Source of the DNA: an uncultured bacterium | Lineage (GTDB): Bacteria; Chloroflexota; UBA5177; JANWHV01 | Reading direction: 5' to 3' | Assembly (NCBI GenBank): GCA_963729625.1 | Contig: CAVSOU010000011.1 | Span: forward strand, 640,001 to 704,000 | DNA length: 64,000 nucleotides | Part shown: positions 29,112-39,655 of the stretch, one piece after another | How positions within the stretch are numbered: the stretch's first letter is position 1 | Layout of the letters: every line of letters begins with the position of its first letter | Translations under genes and position numbers: made by a program | The notes under the pieces: model-generated | What the model saw: only the letters and a program-made list of their open reading frames with translations | Database searches by the model: none | What the model was told of the DNA's origin: nothing

Positions 29112-30422
29112 CTAGGGGTTCTTGGCCCAATACGTGTCCAGACTGGCCTGCATCTTGCTGCAGAACTGCGCCGGCGTGATCGATAGGTTGAACAGCGTCC
29201 CCGTGAAGGTGTTTAGGTCATTGCCAGGACCGAGCGGCAAGAGCCGGTCGCCGGAGAGCTGGAAGCTCGTGGAGCCCTGCACCATCTTGATTTGCTGGGC
29301 CTCGACCGGATCCTTGACGGTGCTGAGATCGAGCGTCGCAACCGGGGGAATCTCGCCGTTCGCGAGAAGTTGCGTGACGAGGCTCGGGTTCAGGGCAGTC
29401 TTGAGATACGCGATCGCCGCGGCCGGGTTCTTGGAATCCTTGGTGACCGAGTAGTAGTTCGCCGGGTTGCCGATGAGATCGGTGATCTTGCCCTTGCCGC
29501 CGGGAACGGCGGGAACGGAGAATATGGAGATATCGGGAACGAGTTTGGGCGCGCTATCGCGTGCCATGCCGAGCTCCCAGACTCCCATGAACATCATGGC
29601 CGCACGGCCTGACCAGAGCAGCTTGTTGGCGTCCACGCCGGAACCCCAGTTGTACCCGGCGAAGCCCTTCTGGAAGGCACCCGCCTTCACGAGGTCCTGC
29701 GCCATTGTCGCCGCCTGGAGCCAGGCCGGCGAGTTGAACGAGGCGCCTGCCTTATGCGCCGAGATGTCGTTGAACGCGCTCGGCCCGCCGACGCGGTCGG
29801 CCAGGTATTGCACGATCTGCATCTCGGTCCACCCGGCCTGCCCACCGAGGGCGAAGGGAATGACGTTGTGGCTCTTCAGCGTGGCGACCACCTGCAGGAG
29901 TTGTGGCCAGGTGGTCGGTACCGAGAGACCATACTTGGCGAAGATAGCCTTGTTGTAGATGACAACCTCTGGCTGCGAATTGTTGTACGGCACGCCGTAG
30001 ACATGGCCATTGAACGTGGCGGTGGCAAGCACGGCGGCCTGATAGCGCGCCTTCCAGGCAGGATCGGCGTTGAGCACGCTGGTCAGGTCGACCACATCGC
30101 CGGCATCGACGAAGCTCTTCAGGCCGCCGCCGCCCCAGCCCATGAAAATGTCCGGCCCATGATGCGCGCCCATGGCCACGTTGAGCGCGGTGTCGTAGGC
30201 CGAGGTAATGGTGTTGTATTTCACTGTGATCGACGGATTTGCCTGGTGGAACGCGTCAGCCTCGGCCTGCAGGGCCTTTTGCTGCCACCCGGTCTGAATA
30301 TCCCAGACGGTGATAGTCGTGGCCGCCGCTGCCCGCGTAGGCACAGCGTGAGTGGCCGGGGTGACGAGAGAAATCAGGAGAACGGCAGTTAGCGCAACTG
30401 CAAGCTTAAAGTGGCTCCTCAT
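29112..30422 (-). CDS. Sugar ABC transporter substrate-binding protein (family 1)
   Basis: Signal peptide MRSHFKLAVALTAVLLISLVTPATHA; PDIF, YGVP, YNKAIFAKYGLSVPTTW and GRAAM motifs. Confidence 0.9.
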   Translation of the reverse strand: MRSHFKLAVALTAVLLISLVTPATHAVPTRAAAATTITVWDIQTGWQQKALQAEADAFHQANPSITVKYNTITSAYDTALNVAMGAHHGPDIFMGWGGGGLKSFVDAGDVVDLTSVLNADPAWKARYQAAVLATATFNGHVYGVPYNNSQPEVVIYNKAIFAKYGLSVPTTWPQLLQVVATLKSHNVIPFALGGQAGWTEMQIVQYLADRVGGPSAFNDISAHKAGASFNSPAWLQAATMAQDLVKAGAFQKGFAGYNWGSGVDANKLLWSGRAAMMFMGVWELGMARDSAPKLVPDISIFSVPAVPGGKGKITDLIGNPANYYSVTKDSKNPAAAIAYLKTALNPSLVTQLLANGEIPPVATLDLSTVKDPVEAQQIKMVQGSTSFQLSGDRLLPLGPGNDLNTFTGTLFNLSITPAQFCSKMQASLDTYWAKNP

Positions 30423-30831
30423 CAGTAAAACCCTCTCTGTTGTCCAACTGGTGATCCGCCTTCGAATCGGGACCGCATACAAATAATGCGATTGGCTGAG
30501 GGGTCGTCGCGGGCCTCGGCACTCGTACGAACCGGCAATCGCTCGTACGGCAAGGGGGCACGCGGCTATGGATAGCAATTCCGCGACAGGATTGTCAGAA
30601 CCGGCGCCCACGGGCGTCCGGTGTGTTGCATCTTCCCTCCTTTCTGGCTCCGGTCATGCCTATCGCGGCAAGTACACTGCAACAATCGGCTTGATCCGCG
30701 TGCGCTGACTGAAACGCTCCGCGATCATGTGTTGCACACGTTTTCGGGTCGTCGCGACACTATCCTGGTTATCGAGCGCCTTCTTATGGTCGGAACAGAT
30801 GAGCGTGAAGCCATCGCGATGAATCTCCTGG

Positions 30832-31872
30832 CTAGCATGCATCGACTTGCGCGCAGGACTCCCTGGGTATCAGGGTCGTGGGCAATACCACGCCCATGCT
30901 GTCAAGGGACTCGTCATTGATCAGGCGCACGAGCATGCTCGTCGCCATGCGCCCCATGTCGGCAAGCGGCTGCCGGATGGTCGTGAGCGGCGGGGTCGAG
31001 ATCGCACTCATCGGCACGTCATCGAACCCCACCACGCTGAGGTCGCGCGGAACAGAGAGGCCGCGCACACGCAGCGCGCCGTAGACACCCATGGCTTGCA
31101 GGTCGCTGCCGGCAAAGATGGCCGTAGGCGGATCCGGCTGATCGAGTAACGCCGATGCTTGGGCAAAACCTGTCTCGTAGACGAACCCTCCCGGTCGGAT
31201 ATAGGCGGGAGCAACCGGGAGCCGAGCGGCGTGTAGCGCGGCCTTGTACCCTTCCTCTCGCTCACGGCTGCACTCGTAGGACGGAGGACCGCTGATCATC
31301 GCTATCCGCCGGTGCCCCAGCGACAGAAGATACTCCGTTGCCGCTCGCGCGCCGGCCCAGTTCGTGGCCCCCACCGACGGCACCCGCGCGCCAAGCCCGC
31401 CGCGATGGTCGATCACCACGAACGGCACGCTGTGTCGAACCAGCGTAGCAAGCCGATCGGACTCCCCATGGGCCAGAACCAGGATCGCGCCATCCGCGGC
31501 CCGGTCAATCACGGTCTCCAGCCACCGCCGCTCCCGCTGCAGCTTGTCGTGCGTCACGGTGAGCGCCATGCTCAGGCCGGCGCGCGACAGGCCATCTTCG
31601 ACGCCGACGATGATCTCGAAGATGTACGGGCTGTCCAGCCGCAACACGACCAAGTCGACCACGCCGGTCTGGCCACGGCGGAGACTGCGCGCTGCTCTGC
31701 TGCTCACATAGCCCAACTCCACGATCGTGCGGTGCACCCGTTCGCGTGTCGTCTTCGCGACCCCGTCTTGGTCGTTGAGCACTTTGGAGACGGTCGGGAT
31801 CGAGACCCGCGCAGCGAGTGCGACGTCGGCAATCGTGCGCCTGCGGGCAACGGTTACGGACTTCTCACCCAT
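30832..31872 (-). CDS. LacI-family transcriptional regulator
   Basis: TIADVALAARVSIPTVSKVLN HTH; GHRRIA, PTAIF, SVVGFDD and PPLTTIRQP motifs. Confidence 0.95.
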   Translation of the reverse strand: MGEKSVTVARRRTIADVALAARVSIPTVSKVLNDQDGVAKTTRERVHRTIVELGYVSSRAARSLRRGQTGVVDLVVLRLDSPYIFEIIVGVEDGLSRAGLSMALTVTHDKLQRERRWLETVIDRAADGAILVLAHGESDRLATLVRHSVPFVVIDHRGGLGARVPSVGATNWAGARAATEYLLSLGHRRIAMISGPPSYECSREREEGYKAALHAARLPVAPAYIRPGGFVYETGFAQASALLDQPDPPTAIFAGSDLQAMGVYGALRVRGLSVPRDLSVVGFDDVPMSAISTPPLTTIRQPLADMGRMATSMLVRLINDESLDSMGVVLPTTLIPRESCAQVDAC

Positions 31873-32014
31873 ATCCTGCGTCCGGGTCGTATATTGATAT
31901 CGGTAATTTTCTTCCCGACTCTAGCACCGATTTCCCACGCTGTCAAGGCATCCGGCAGCAGGAGCGGGGGGACAGGGATCGCCGTCGCGCCATGCCCCGG
32001 CGGTGCAGGTATTC

Positions 32015-32171
32015 TTGACATCGCCCGGCGTGCAGGTGTAACGTTTGGTGCGGGTGCCGAGAGTCCAGTATCGATAATTCAGGACACGGCGATGCCCGTG
32101 GCCTCTGTGTGTGATAGACAGCACTGGTGCGTCGCCGCAGCGTGGAAGCCGGGCAACGTTCCCGGTAACGT
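32015..32171 (+). promoter_or_regulatory. Candidate promoter and LacI-type operator half-sites for the GH3 operon
   Basis: TTGACA at 32015; AACG-centred motifs TGTAACGTTT, GGCAACGTTCCC and GGTAACGT in the lacI/GH3 divergent region. Confidence 0.3.
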
Positions 32172-32220
32172 GAGGCGCGCTTGACTCCCTGATTCGCCGA
32201 CACCCAGCAAAGGATAGCCG

Positions 32221-34596
32221 ATGAGCCAACCAGTCTACAGGGACGTAGCGGCACCACTTGAAGAGCGTGTTGCAGACGTGCTGGGCGCGATGACACTGGA
32301 CGAGAAGCTCGCACAGCTCGGCTGTCTCTGGAGTTCCTCCTTTGTCGCCAACGGCGTGTTCGAGCCGACCGAGGCCCTCAAGCTCATGCCGCACGGCATT
32401 GGCCAGGTGACGCGCATTGGCGGGGCGACTGCACTGCGACCAGGCGAGAGCGCCGAATTCATGAACGCCATTCAGAGGACGGTGATCGAGCGCACCAGGC
32501 TGGGAATTCCCGTGTTCGTGCATGAAGAGGCGGTGGGCGGCCTGTCACAGCGAGACGCCACCGTCTTCCCGCAAGCACTCGGTCTCGCCGCGACATGGGA
32601 TGCACCGCTCCTCGAACGTGTGGCCGGCGTGATCCGTGCACAGATGCTCGCGGTTGGGGCGCGGCTGGCCCTCGGGCCAGTCATGGACGTCGCACGCGAT
32701 CCTCGCTGGGGGCGAGTCGAGGAGACCTATGGGGAGGATCCGGTGCTCGCCGGCACCCTCGCCGCGGCCTATGTGCGCGGACTGCAGACCGACAACCTGC
32801 AGAACGGCGTGGTCGCTACCGGCAAGCACTTCCTCGGATACGGTGCGTCCGCAGGTGGTCGAAACTGCGGGCCGGTGCACGTCGGACCGCGTGAGCTGCG
32901 CGAGGTGTATGCCGAACCCTTTGCCGCCGCCATCCGGCTCGCCGATCTCGCGGCCATTATGCCATCGTATTCCTCGGTCGATGGGGTGCCAAGCACGGCC
33001 GATCGTCGCGCACTTGCCGATCTGCTGCGAGTGGAGCTGGGATTTGACGGCTTGGTGGTATCCGATTACTGGGCGCTCAATCTGCTGTGCACCTTCCATC
33101 GGATCGCCGCGTCGCCGGGCGAGGCAGCGCGCCTGGCACTGCAAGCGGGATTGGACGCCGAGCTGCCGGCGCTCGATTTCTTCGCAGGCCCGCTCAAGGC
33201 CGAGGTTGAGGCCGGGCGCGTACCTTTATCCGCGGTCGACGAAGCGGTGCGGCGTGTCCTTCGCCTGAAGTTCCGCCTCGGCCTGTTCGAACGGCCGTAC
33301 GTGGATGTCGCGGCCGCCACAGCGCAGTTCGACACCTCTGAGCAGCGCGCGCTTGCACGGAGGGCCGGCGGCGCATGTGTGGTGCTGCTGCAGAACGATG
33401 GCATTCTGCCGCTGCCGCAGACGGCGCGCCGGATTGCCGTGATCGGCCCGGCTGCCGACGATCAACGCCTCCTGCAAGGCGACTACCATTATCCCGCCCA
33501 CCAGGAGATCATTTTCCTTAGATCTGATGGCACGGCGTCGTTCGACGATGCTCCGGCGGCAAGAGGTGCCTATGCACCCGGCCCGTACTACACGCCGCAC
33601 GTCACGCCCTTGGCCGCATTGCGCGCGGCGCTTGGTGATACCACCTTAGAGTATGTTCGCGGCTGTGGCGTGCTGGGAGATGACCGATCGGAGCTGGATG
33701 CCGCAGTGCATGCGGCTCAGGGAGCTGACGCTGCGGTTGTGGTGGTCGGCGGCAAGAGCGGGCTGATGCGACCAGTCACCGTCGGCGAAGGCAACGACGC
33801 CACCGATCTCGATCTCACCGGCCTGCAGGAGGATCTGGTAAAAGCCGTGGCATCTACCGGCACACCACTCGTCGTCGTCGTGATGAGCGGGCGCGTGCAT
33901 ACCCTCCACCGCATCTCGAAGTGCGCAAATGCGCTCTTGTGGACCGCGCCGTCCGGCGAGGAAGGCGGATCTGGGCTCGCGGACATCCTGACCGGTCACG
34001 TGAATCCGAGCGGCCGCCTGCCCGTGAGCCTGCCACGGAGTGTGGGACAGGTTCCGGTGCATGTCGGGAAGCGGGCGGCGTCACACCGTGCCGTGCTCCA
34101 CGAGGGATACGTGGACTGCCCTTCGACCCCGTTGTTCGCCTTCGGTCACGGCCTGAGCTATACCACGTTTGCTTATTCCGAGCTGCGTATTCGCGCCGCC
34201 ACGACGCTCGAGCCCGTGGAAGTCGATCTCGTCGTGGCCAACACCGGTCACCTGCCCGGCCACGAAGTCGTGCAGCTCTATGTGTCGGACGAGGTTGCGT
34301 CGGTGGCACGCCCTGATCAGATGCTGATCGGCTTCGCGCGCGTGTTCCTCGAGGCCGGCAGTTCCCAGCGTGTGACCTTCACTGTTCATCCATCGCGCCT
34401 GGCGTACTTCGACCTGGACATGCGCTTCGTGACGGAGCCGGGCTCATTCAGTGTGCAGGTCGGCGCATCGTCGTCCGACATCCGCCTGAGCGGCAGCTTT
34501 TGGCTTCAGGGTGAAACCGTCGAGTACCGGCAGCGCGATATCGTCATGACCGGTGTGACAGAGAAGGCTATCAGTTGCGGCAGGACAGCCACCTGA
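32221..34596 (+). CDS. GH3 beta-glucosidase/beta-xylosidase (cytoplasmic)
   Basis: RLGIP..HEE, RDPRWGRVEETYGEDP, KHF, VSDY (nucleophile), PSGRLP, FGHGLSYTTF and a C-terminal Fn3-like domain. Confidence 0.95.
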   Translation: MSQPVYRDVAAPLEERVADVLGAMTLDEKLAQLGCLWSSSFVANGVFEPTEALKLMPHGIGQVTRIGGATALRPGESAEFMNAIQRTVIERTRLGIPVFVHEEAVGGLSQRDATVFPQALGLAATWDAPLLERVAGVIRAQMLAVGARLALGPVMDVARDPRWGRVEETYGEDPVLAGTLAAAYVRGLQTDNLQNGVVATGKHFLGYGASAGGRNCGPVHVGPRELREVYAEPFAAAIRLADLAAIMPSYSSVDGVPSTADRRALADLLRVELGFDGLVVSDYWALNLLCTFHRIAASPGEAARLALQAGLDAELPALDFFAGPLKAEVEAGRVPLSAVDEAVRRVLRLKFRLGLFERPYVDVAAATAQFDTSEQRALARRAGGACVVLLQNDGILPLPQTARRIAVIGPAADDQRLLQGDYHYPAHQEIIFLRSDGTASFDDAPAARGAYAPGPYYTPHVTPLAALRAALGDTTLEYVRGCGVLGDDRSELDAAVHAAQGADAAVVVVGGKSGLMRPVTVGEGNDATDLDLTGLQEDLVKAVASTGTPLVVVVMSGRVHTLHRISKCANALLWTAPSGEEGGSGLADILTGHVNPSGRLPVSLPRSVGQVPVHVGKRAASHRAVLHEGYVDCPSTPLFAFGHGLSYTTFAYSELRIRAATTLEPVEVDLVVANTGHLPGHEVVQLYVSDEVASVARPDQMLIGFARVFLEAGSSQRVTFTVHPSRLAYFDLDMRFVTEPGSFSVQVGASSSDIRLSGSFWLQGETVEYRQRDIVMTGVTEKAISCGRTAT

Positions 34597-34737
34597 GCGG
34601 TCGTGCAGACCACCGATTGCGGCTTCGCGACGCCAACCGCCCACCTGGCGGCGCTCCGCCGTTTTGCCGAGGCTGTCGGTCTGCGTGATGACACCACTGC
34701 ACGGACTTGATGGTACTGGTCTCCGTGTAGGAGTGAT

Positions 34738-35784
34738 ATGAGCACAGCTGACAGTCCCGCCACCGACCGCATCGCGCGGCGCAAGGCACACTGGGATGCT
34801 CTGGAGGACATGAGTGCCCCATGCACACCGGCCTGGGTGATCACGCTCGAGGGCGAGCTGGACGACCGGCCTTATCCCTGGCCCACGAATTTGCCGGAGC
34901 GCATCACGTGGGCGTGGGAGACCTACACCCGCGACCTCGAACGGCTCGAATGGCTGGAGGACGACAGAATCCCCTGCCTGGATCCGTACACCGGCACCGA
35001 GATATTCGCCGCTGCATTCGGCTGCAACGTGTACCGACCGGCGGATAATATGCCATTCGCGCTGCCGCTTATCGACAGCCCCACCCAAGTTGCGGCGGTC
35101 TCGGTACCCTCCATCGACGTCGAGTCACTGCGCATTCTCTTCGAGATAGCTGACGAGTTGCGGCAACGGGCTGGCCCCGACGCCGTCATGCGTCTGCCCG
35201 ACATCCAGTCGCCGTTCGACATTGCTGCCTTGCTGTGGGAAAAGAAGAGTTTCTACGTGGCGCTGCTGGATTGCCCGGATGCTGTTCATGAGTTGACGGT
35301 CAAGGTTGAAGAACTGCTGACCGCATTTCTAGACGAGTGGTTTCGTCGCTACGGTTTGGAGTGTGTGGCTCACTACCCACACTACTACCTGCGGCAAGGC
35401 GTGAGCGTGTCCGTAGACGAGGTGGGCGAGATCAGCGCGCGTATGTTCACGGCGCACGGTATGCCTGAATTGGTCCGATTATCGGACCGCTTCGGCGGCA
35501 TTGGCGTGCACTGCTGTGCCAATGCGCGGCACCAGTGGGCCAATTTCAAGCGCCTGCCCAACCTGCGCCTGCTCAATCTGTTCGGGCTGGAGCGTCCCGG
35601 GATCCTGCGAGAGGCTGCCAAGTGCTTCGCAGAACACGTCGCGCAACTGCACTACTGGGAGGAGCCGATCTCATCGTGGCTGCCTGCCATGCCGCCGACA
35701 GCACATGTTGCATTCGAGGTTGCCGTGCACGATGAAGAAGAGGCTCGACGAACAACTGCACAGCTCGGGGAAATGTATAAGTGA
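34738..35784 (+). CDS. Uroporphyrinogen decarboxylase/MtaA-CmuA-like TIM-barrel protein of unknown function
   Basis: DIQSPFDIAALL, PDAVHEL, VDEVGEIS..MF and GVHCCA motifs. Confidence 0.65.
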   Translation: MSTADSPATDRIARRKAHWDALEDMSAPCTPAWVITLEGELDDRPYPWPTNLPERITWAWETYTRDLERLEWLEDDRIPCLDPYTGTEIFAAAFGCNVYRPADNMPFALPLIDSPTQVAAVSVPSIDVESLRILFEIADELRQRAGPDAVMRLPDIQSPFDIAALLWEKKSFYVALLDCPDAVHELTVKVEELLTAFLDEWFRRYGLECVAHYPHYYLRQGVSVSVDEVGEISARMFTAHGMPELVRLSDRFGGIGVHCCANARHQWANFKRLPNLRLLNLFGLERPGILREAAKCFAEHVAQLHYWEEPISSWLPAMPPTAHVAFEVAVHDEEEARRTTAQLGEMYK

Positions 35785-35860
35785 CAACCTCGTGAACGAA
35801 CCTCTCTACCAGCGGCAAGCCGCATGTATCGAAAAGCGTGCCTGTAGCCTGTCGGCGGCG

Positions 35861-38248
35861 ATGACTCAATCCGAAGTCGCCCCGGGGACGGGCCGGGATA
35901 CAGCAGACGTGGCAGAAATCTACAGGCTGCTCGGCTTCGCAACGATGAGCGGCGAAGATCCGCTGACCATGTGGGGCCGACTGAAGAACACTGCCACGTG
36001 GCTCGTCGGGCCGCTCTCGCCGGATTCCTGGGCCGGCCAGGTCTTCATCGCCGATCATGCCGATATCTTTGCCTTCCGCTTCCTGGCGTTGCCGGCCGCG
36101 TGGTCGCGCCAGTGCGACGGTGGTCGCCCCGCGCTGGCAGCGGCGGAGCGGTCCGCCGGCTGGTGGGCTGGCTCGGCAGGCTGGTGGGAGACGATCGGGC
36201 CCAAGGCGCCGGACGATTCCTATGCCAGTATGGTCTGGCAGATGCCGGACAGCGGGCCGCGCGTCACGTACGAGTGGGCACGGACCGACAAGATGGAAGT
36301 GGTCTGCCGCATCTCGTTGTCCGCCCCTTCGGATCTTGTCCTGCAAGCCTACGCCCCGTGGGATGATCAGGCTCCGCGCTTCTCGGCCCTCTACGCTGAG
36401 ACAGAGGACAGGCGCTTCCTGCGCGGGCGATCCTGGGTGCCGGGCACGCGCGACGGAATGCGGTGGGTACTGGGGTTCGGCACGCCTCCTGCTGACACCT
36501 CGCGCCAGGCTCTCGCCGTCGATGTTCCTGTGCGCGATCCGAATCGAGGCCGGTCGTGGCACGGTTACTTCCGCGACCTCGACGTACTTTATCTCTGCGG
36601 ACGCCAGGGGCAAAAGTACGACGATCTCGAGCGTGCAGTCGAGGATCGCCTCGACACCGGGGCCATCGACGCGGTGCTGGCGGCCAACCTGGAGCGTTAC
36701 TGGCGGACGCGGCCGACCGGGAGCGGCTGGCTGGCGGACGTTCCTGCCGCGATCAACGATCAACTGGAGTGGAACGAGGTCTACACGCCGCAACGCCGGC
36801 GGCCGTATATCACTGTCAGCCGCACCTGGGCCGAGGAGAACAACTCGTGCCCCGACTTTCTCTGGGACAGCTTCTTCAACGCGCTTCTCGTCTGCCAGGA
36901 GGACGAGGCCCGCTGCCTCGACATGGTGCGGGACATTACCTCCTGGCAAAACGAGCAGGGCATGTTCGCTCAGTACGGCCAGTGGATCAGTCACCCGGAG
37001 CAGTGGAAGTTTCCCGTGGCATGGGGGCACACCCAGTATCCGGTCGGCGCGCTTGCAGTGGCCAAGATCTACCTCAGACGCCCCAATAGGGACTTCCTGG
37101 AGGAAGTCTACCCACGCCTTCTGCAGGCACATCGCTGGTTCTTCGCCGATCGGGGCGACGGACAACCCTGGCGGGATGGTAACCGCAACGGGCTCCTCGA
37201 GCTTGGCTCGAATTACCCGGTCGAAATTCCCTACGAAGACCGGCAGCAGGTCGCTTATTTCGAGTCGCACGACGACAGTCCCCAGTGGTGGCACGTGGCC
37301 CGCTACAACGAGCAGACAGAGACGATCGAACAGGATGTCGTGGAGCGAAACTGTCTTTACACGATGGATTGTTGGATACTGGCCTGGATGGCCGACCTGC
37401 TGGGCCGGGCCGAGGACGCGCGGGCACTGCGCGCGGAGCACGCGACGATGGCCGAGCGCATCAACAGCCTGCTGTGGGATCCGGTCCGGCAGTGCTACTT
37501 CAATCGTCGCTGGCAAGCGCTGGACGGCAACGACTTCTATCCGCAGATGGCGCCGGACGTGTTCCTCTCGCTGTTGGGAAGAGTTGCCGATCCGGAGCGC
37601 GAAGCGCGACTGCGTACCCTCTTCCATGACCCGGCAAAGTTCGCCGGTCAATGGATTCTGCCGACCATCAGCCGAGACGATCCCGCGTATCCCGAGCAAC
37701 ACTACTGGCGCGGGAAGGTTTGGGCTCCGATCAACTGGTTGGTGTACCAGGGCTTCAAGATCTATGACTGGGATCGCGAGGCGCGGCTGCTTGCTGAGTC
37801 CAGCGCCGAGATGTTTCTGCGGCAGTGGCGGGAGCGCGGGCGCTGCTACGAGAACTTCCTGGCGACAACAGGCGAAGGATCGAGCGATCCGCACTATACC
37901 TGGGGTGCCATGATGGCGCTCATCGCGGTCGAGGAGCTCGTCGACGCGAATCCGTGGCATGGTCTCCGATTCGGCAATCTCGATCCGGTGGCGGAGGCGG
38001 CGATCAACCGGTACCATGTCGCCGGCTCAAGCTACGATGTTGCGCTGTCGCCTCAATGGCTGGAAGTACGCAGGGACAGCAAACATCTCTTCTCGGCCGA
38101 CGCCCCGGTCGAGATCCGGCACGTGCGCTATGAATCTGGCGCCGTCCATTTCCAGGTGCGTTCCCCCCGACCATGCGTGCTCAGAGCAGGCTCAGCTGCG
38201 CCGGCAGAGTATCCGGCCGGCCTGCTTGATGGGGTTGCCGGCTTGTGA
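35861..38248 (+). CDS. MGH1/GH63/trehalase-like (alpha/alpha)6 glycoside hydrolase
   Basis: FLWDSFF, ESHDDSP, INSLLWD, PTISRDDPAY..QHYWRGKVWAPINWLVY and YENF motifs; start uncertain (35792 or 35861). Confidence 0.8.
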   Translation: MTQSEVAPGTGRDTADVAEIYRLLGFATMSGEDPLTMWGRLKNTATWLVGPLSPDSWAGQVFIADHADIFAFRFLALPAAWSRQCDGGRPALAAAERSAGWWAGSAGWWETIGPKAPDDSYASMVWQMPDSGPRVTYEWARTDKMEVVCRISLSAPSDLVLQAYAPWDDQAPRFSALYAETEDRRFLRGRSWVPGTRDGMRWVLGFGTPPADTSRQALAVDVPVRDPNRGRSWHGYFRDLDVLYLCGRQGQKYDDLERAVEDRLDTGAIDAVLAANLERYWRTRPTGSGWLADVPAAINDQLEWNEVYTPQRRRPYITVSRTWAEENNSCPDFLWDSFFNALLVCQEDEARCLDMVRDITSWQNEQGMFAQYGQWISHPEQWKFPVAWGHTQYPVGALAVAKIYLRRPNRDFLEEVYPRLLQAHRWFFADRGDGQPWRDGNRNGLLELGSNYPVEIPYEDRQQVAYFESHDDSPQWWHVARYNEQTETIEQDVVERNCLYTMDCWILAWMADLLGRAEDARALRAEHATMAERINSLLWDPVRQCYFNRRWQALDGNDFYPQMAPDVFLSLLGRVADPEREARLRTLFHDPAKFAGQWILPTISRDDPAYPEQHYWRGKVWAPINWLVYQGFKIYDWDREARLLAESSAEMFLRQWRERGRCYENFLATTGEGSSDPHYTWGAMMALIAVEELVDANPWHGLRFGNLDPVAEAAINRYHVAGSSYDVALSPQWLEVRRDSKHLFSADAPVEIRHVRYESGAVHFQVRSPRPCVLRAGSAAPAEYPAGLLDGVAGL

Positions 38249-38350
38249 GACACGGAGTGACGGCGCTATCCGGCATACAAGCGGAATAGGAACACATGAA
38301 ACAGGCGTGCCCGCCCGAAACCCGAATGACTTGAGGTGAATTGCAGAGCC

Positions 38351-39655
38351 ATGACGAGCGCAGAAGCCATCCCCGCTCAGAGCCTGGATCTGATCGAGCC
38401 CGCCACTCTGTTACCGCCGGAGCTGGATTTCGACGCCGGCGATAGATCGGTGTTGCGCGAGATCGCTGCCGAGGTTGCCGATCTCCTGCGCCGGCCGATC
38501 GAGCTTGAGAAGCGCGACCACTGGTGCCGTCTGAACAAGCTCCAGCATGTACGGCCCATCGTCTACGCCTCGCCCGAAAACGCCTGGAACGAGATTCTGC
38601 CCCAGGCTTCACTGCGCTGCCGGGATTCTGTCGCGCGCGGCTGGGAGATGCGGCTGCGGCAGCAGACGTACTACGGTCGAGAGATGGGCGACGACTACGC
38701 GCTCATCCCCTATTTCGGGCTCGATAACGTCCACGAAGCGCCCGATTGGGGCCTTGCCGAGCAGCGCGTCGGCGACACGGCCAACGCCGCCTTCACCTGG
38801 ATCCCGCCGATCACCTGCGCCGCGGACGTGGCGAAGCTGCATCCGCCCATCATGCGCGTCGACTTCGACGCTACCAAGCACCTGGCGTCCCTCGCCCAGC
38901 AGATATTCGGCGACCTCCTGCCCGTGCGCGTCGTCTCTCGCTGGCCGGGATCGGTCGGATTGACACGAACGCTCGTAGATCTTCGCGGCATGGAACAGGT
39001 GATGCTCGACATGGTGGACGCACCGGAGATGTTGCATCACCTGCTTGCGGTCCTTAGAGACGGCACCGCGGCCCTCCTCGACGCGCTCGAGGCGCGGCAG
39101 CTGCTCGATCTCAACAACGACGGCGGCTACGTTGGCTCCGGCGCGCAGGGCTGGACCGACGAACTGCCGGCACCCGACTACACCGGCGTGGCACGCCTGT
39201 GCGACCAGTGGGGATTCGCCGACAACCAGGAGACGGTCGGCATCTCTCCGCGCATGTTCGAGCGGTTCATCGTTTCGTACGTGGCCCCGCTGATGGAGCG
39301 GTTTGGACTCAACTGCTACGGCTGCTGCGAGCCGCTGGAAAAGCGCTGGAACGTGGTCCGGCAACTGCCTCGCCTGCGCCGCATCTCTGTGCCGCCCGCA
39401 TCGAATCGGGAGAAGATGGCCAGCCTCCTTGAGGATCGCTACATCTTTTCCTTGAAGCCGAACCCTACGGATCTGGCCATGACGACGTTTGACGAAAAGC
39501 GTGTTCGGCGCGAGATCCAGCACGATCTCGAGCTCACGAAGGATTGCTGCCTGGAGGTCGTGATGAAAGACACGCACACTATCCGCAACGATCCCGGCAG
39601 GCTGCTGCGCTGGGTGCGAATCGTGCGTGAAGAGATCGACGCGGTCTGGACGTGA
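38351..39655 (+). CDS. URO-D/methyltransferase-like protein of unknown function
   Basis: LRGMEQVMLDMVDAPE, QETVGISPRMFERF, YGCCEPL, LKPNP and MKDTHT motifs. Confidence 0.65.
   Translation: MTSAEAIPAQSLDLIEPATLLPPELDFDAGDRSVLREIAAEVADLLRRPIELEKRDHWCRLNKLQHVRPIVYASPENAWNEILPQASLRCRDSVARGWEMRLRQQTYYGREMGDDYALIPYFGLDNVHEAPDWGLAEQRVGDTANAAFTWIPPITCAADVAKLHPPIMRVDFDATKHLASLAQQIFGDLLPVRVVSRWPGSVGLTRTLVDLRGMEQVMLDMVDAPEMLHHLLAVLRDGTAALLDALEARQLLDLNNDGGYVGSGAQGWTDELPAPDYTGVARLCDQWGFADNQETVGISPRMFERFIVSYVAPLMERFGLNCYGCCEPLEKRWNVVRQLPRLRRISVPPASNREKMASLLEDRYIFSLKPNPTDLAMTTFDEKRVRREIQHDLELTKDCCLEVVMKDTHTIRNDPGRLLRWVRIVREEIDAVWT

Noticed and set aside
27116-30422. Missing ATPase gene in the sugar ABC locus as a novelty
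   Set aside because: Sugar ABC systems commonly share an MsiK/MsmX-type ATPase encoded elsewhere.
35573-38017. Long antisense/alternate-frame ORFs (814 aa at 35573-38017, 618 aa at 36057-37913, 427 aa at 25846-27129 and similar)
   Set aside because: Shadow ORFs of real genes, expected in GC-rich DNA; no recognisable motifs.
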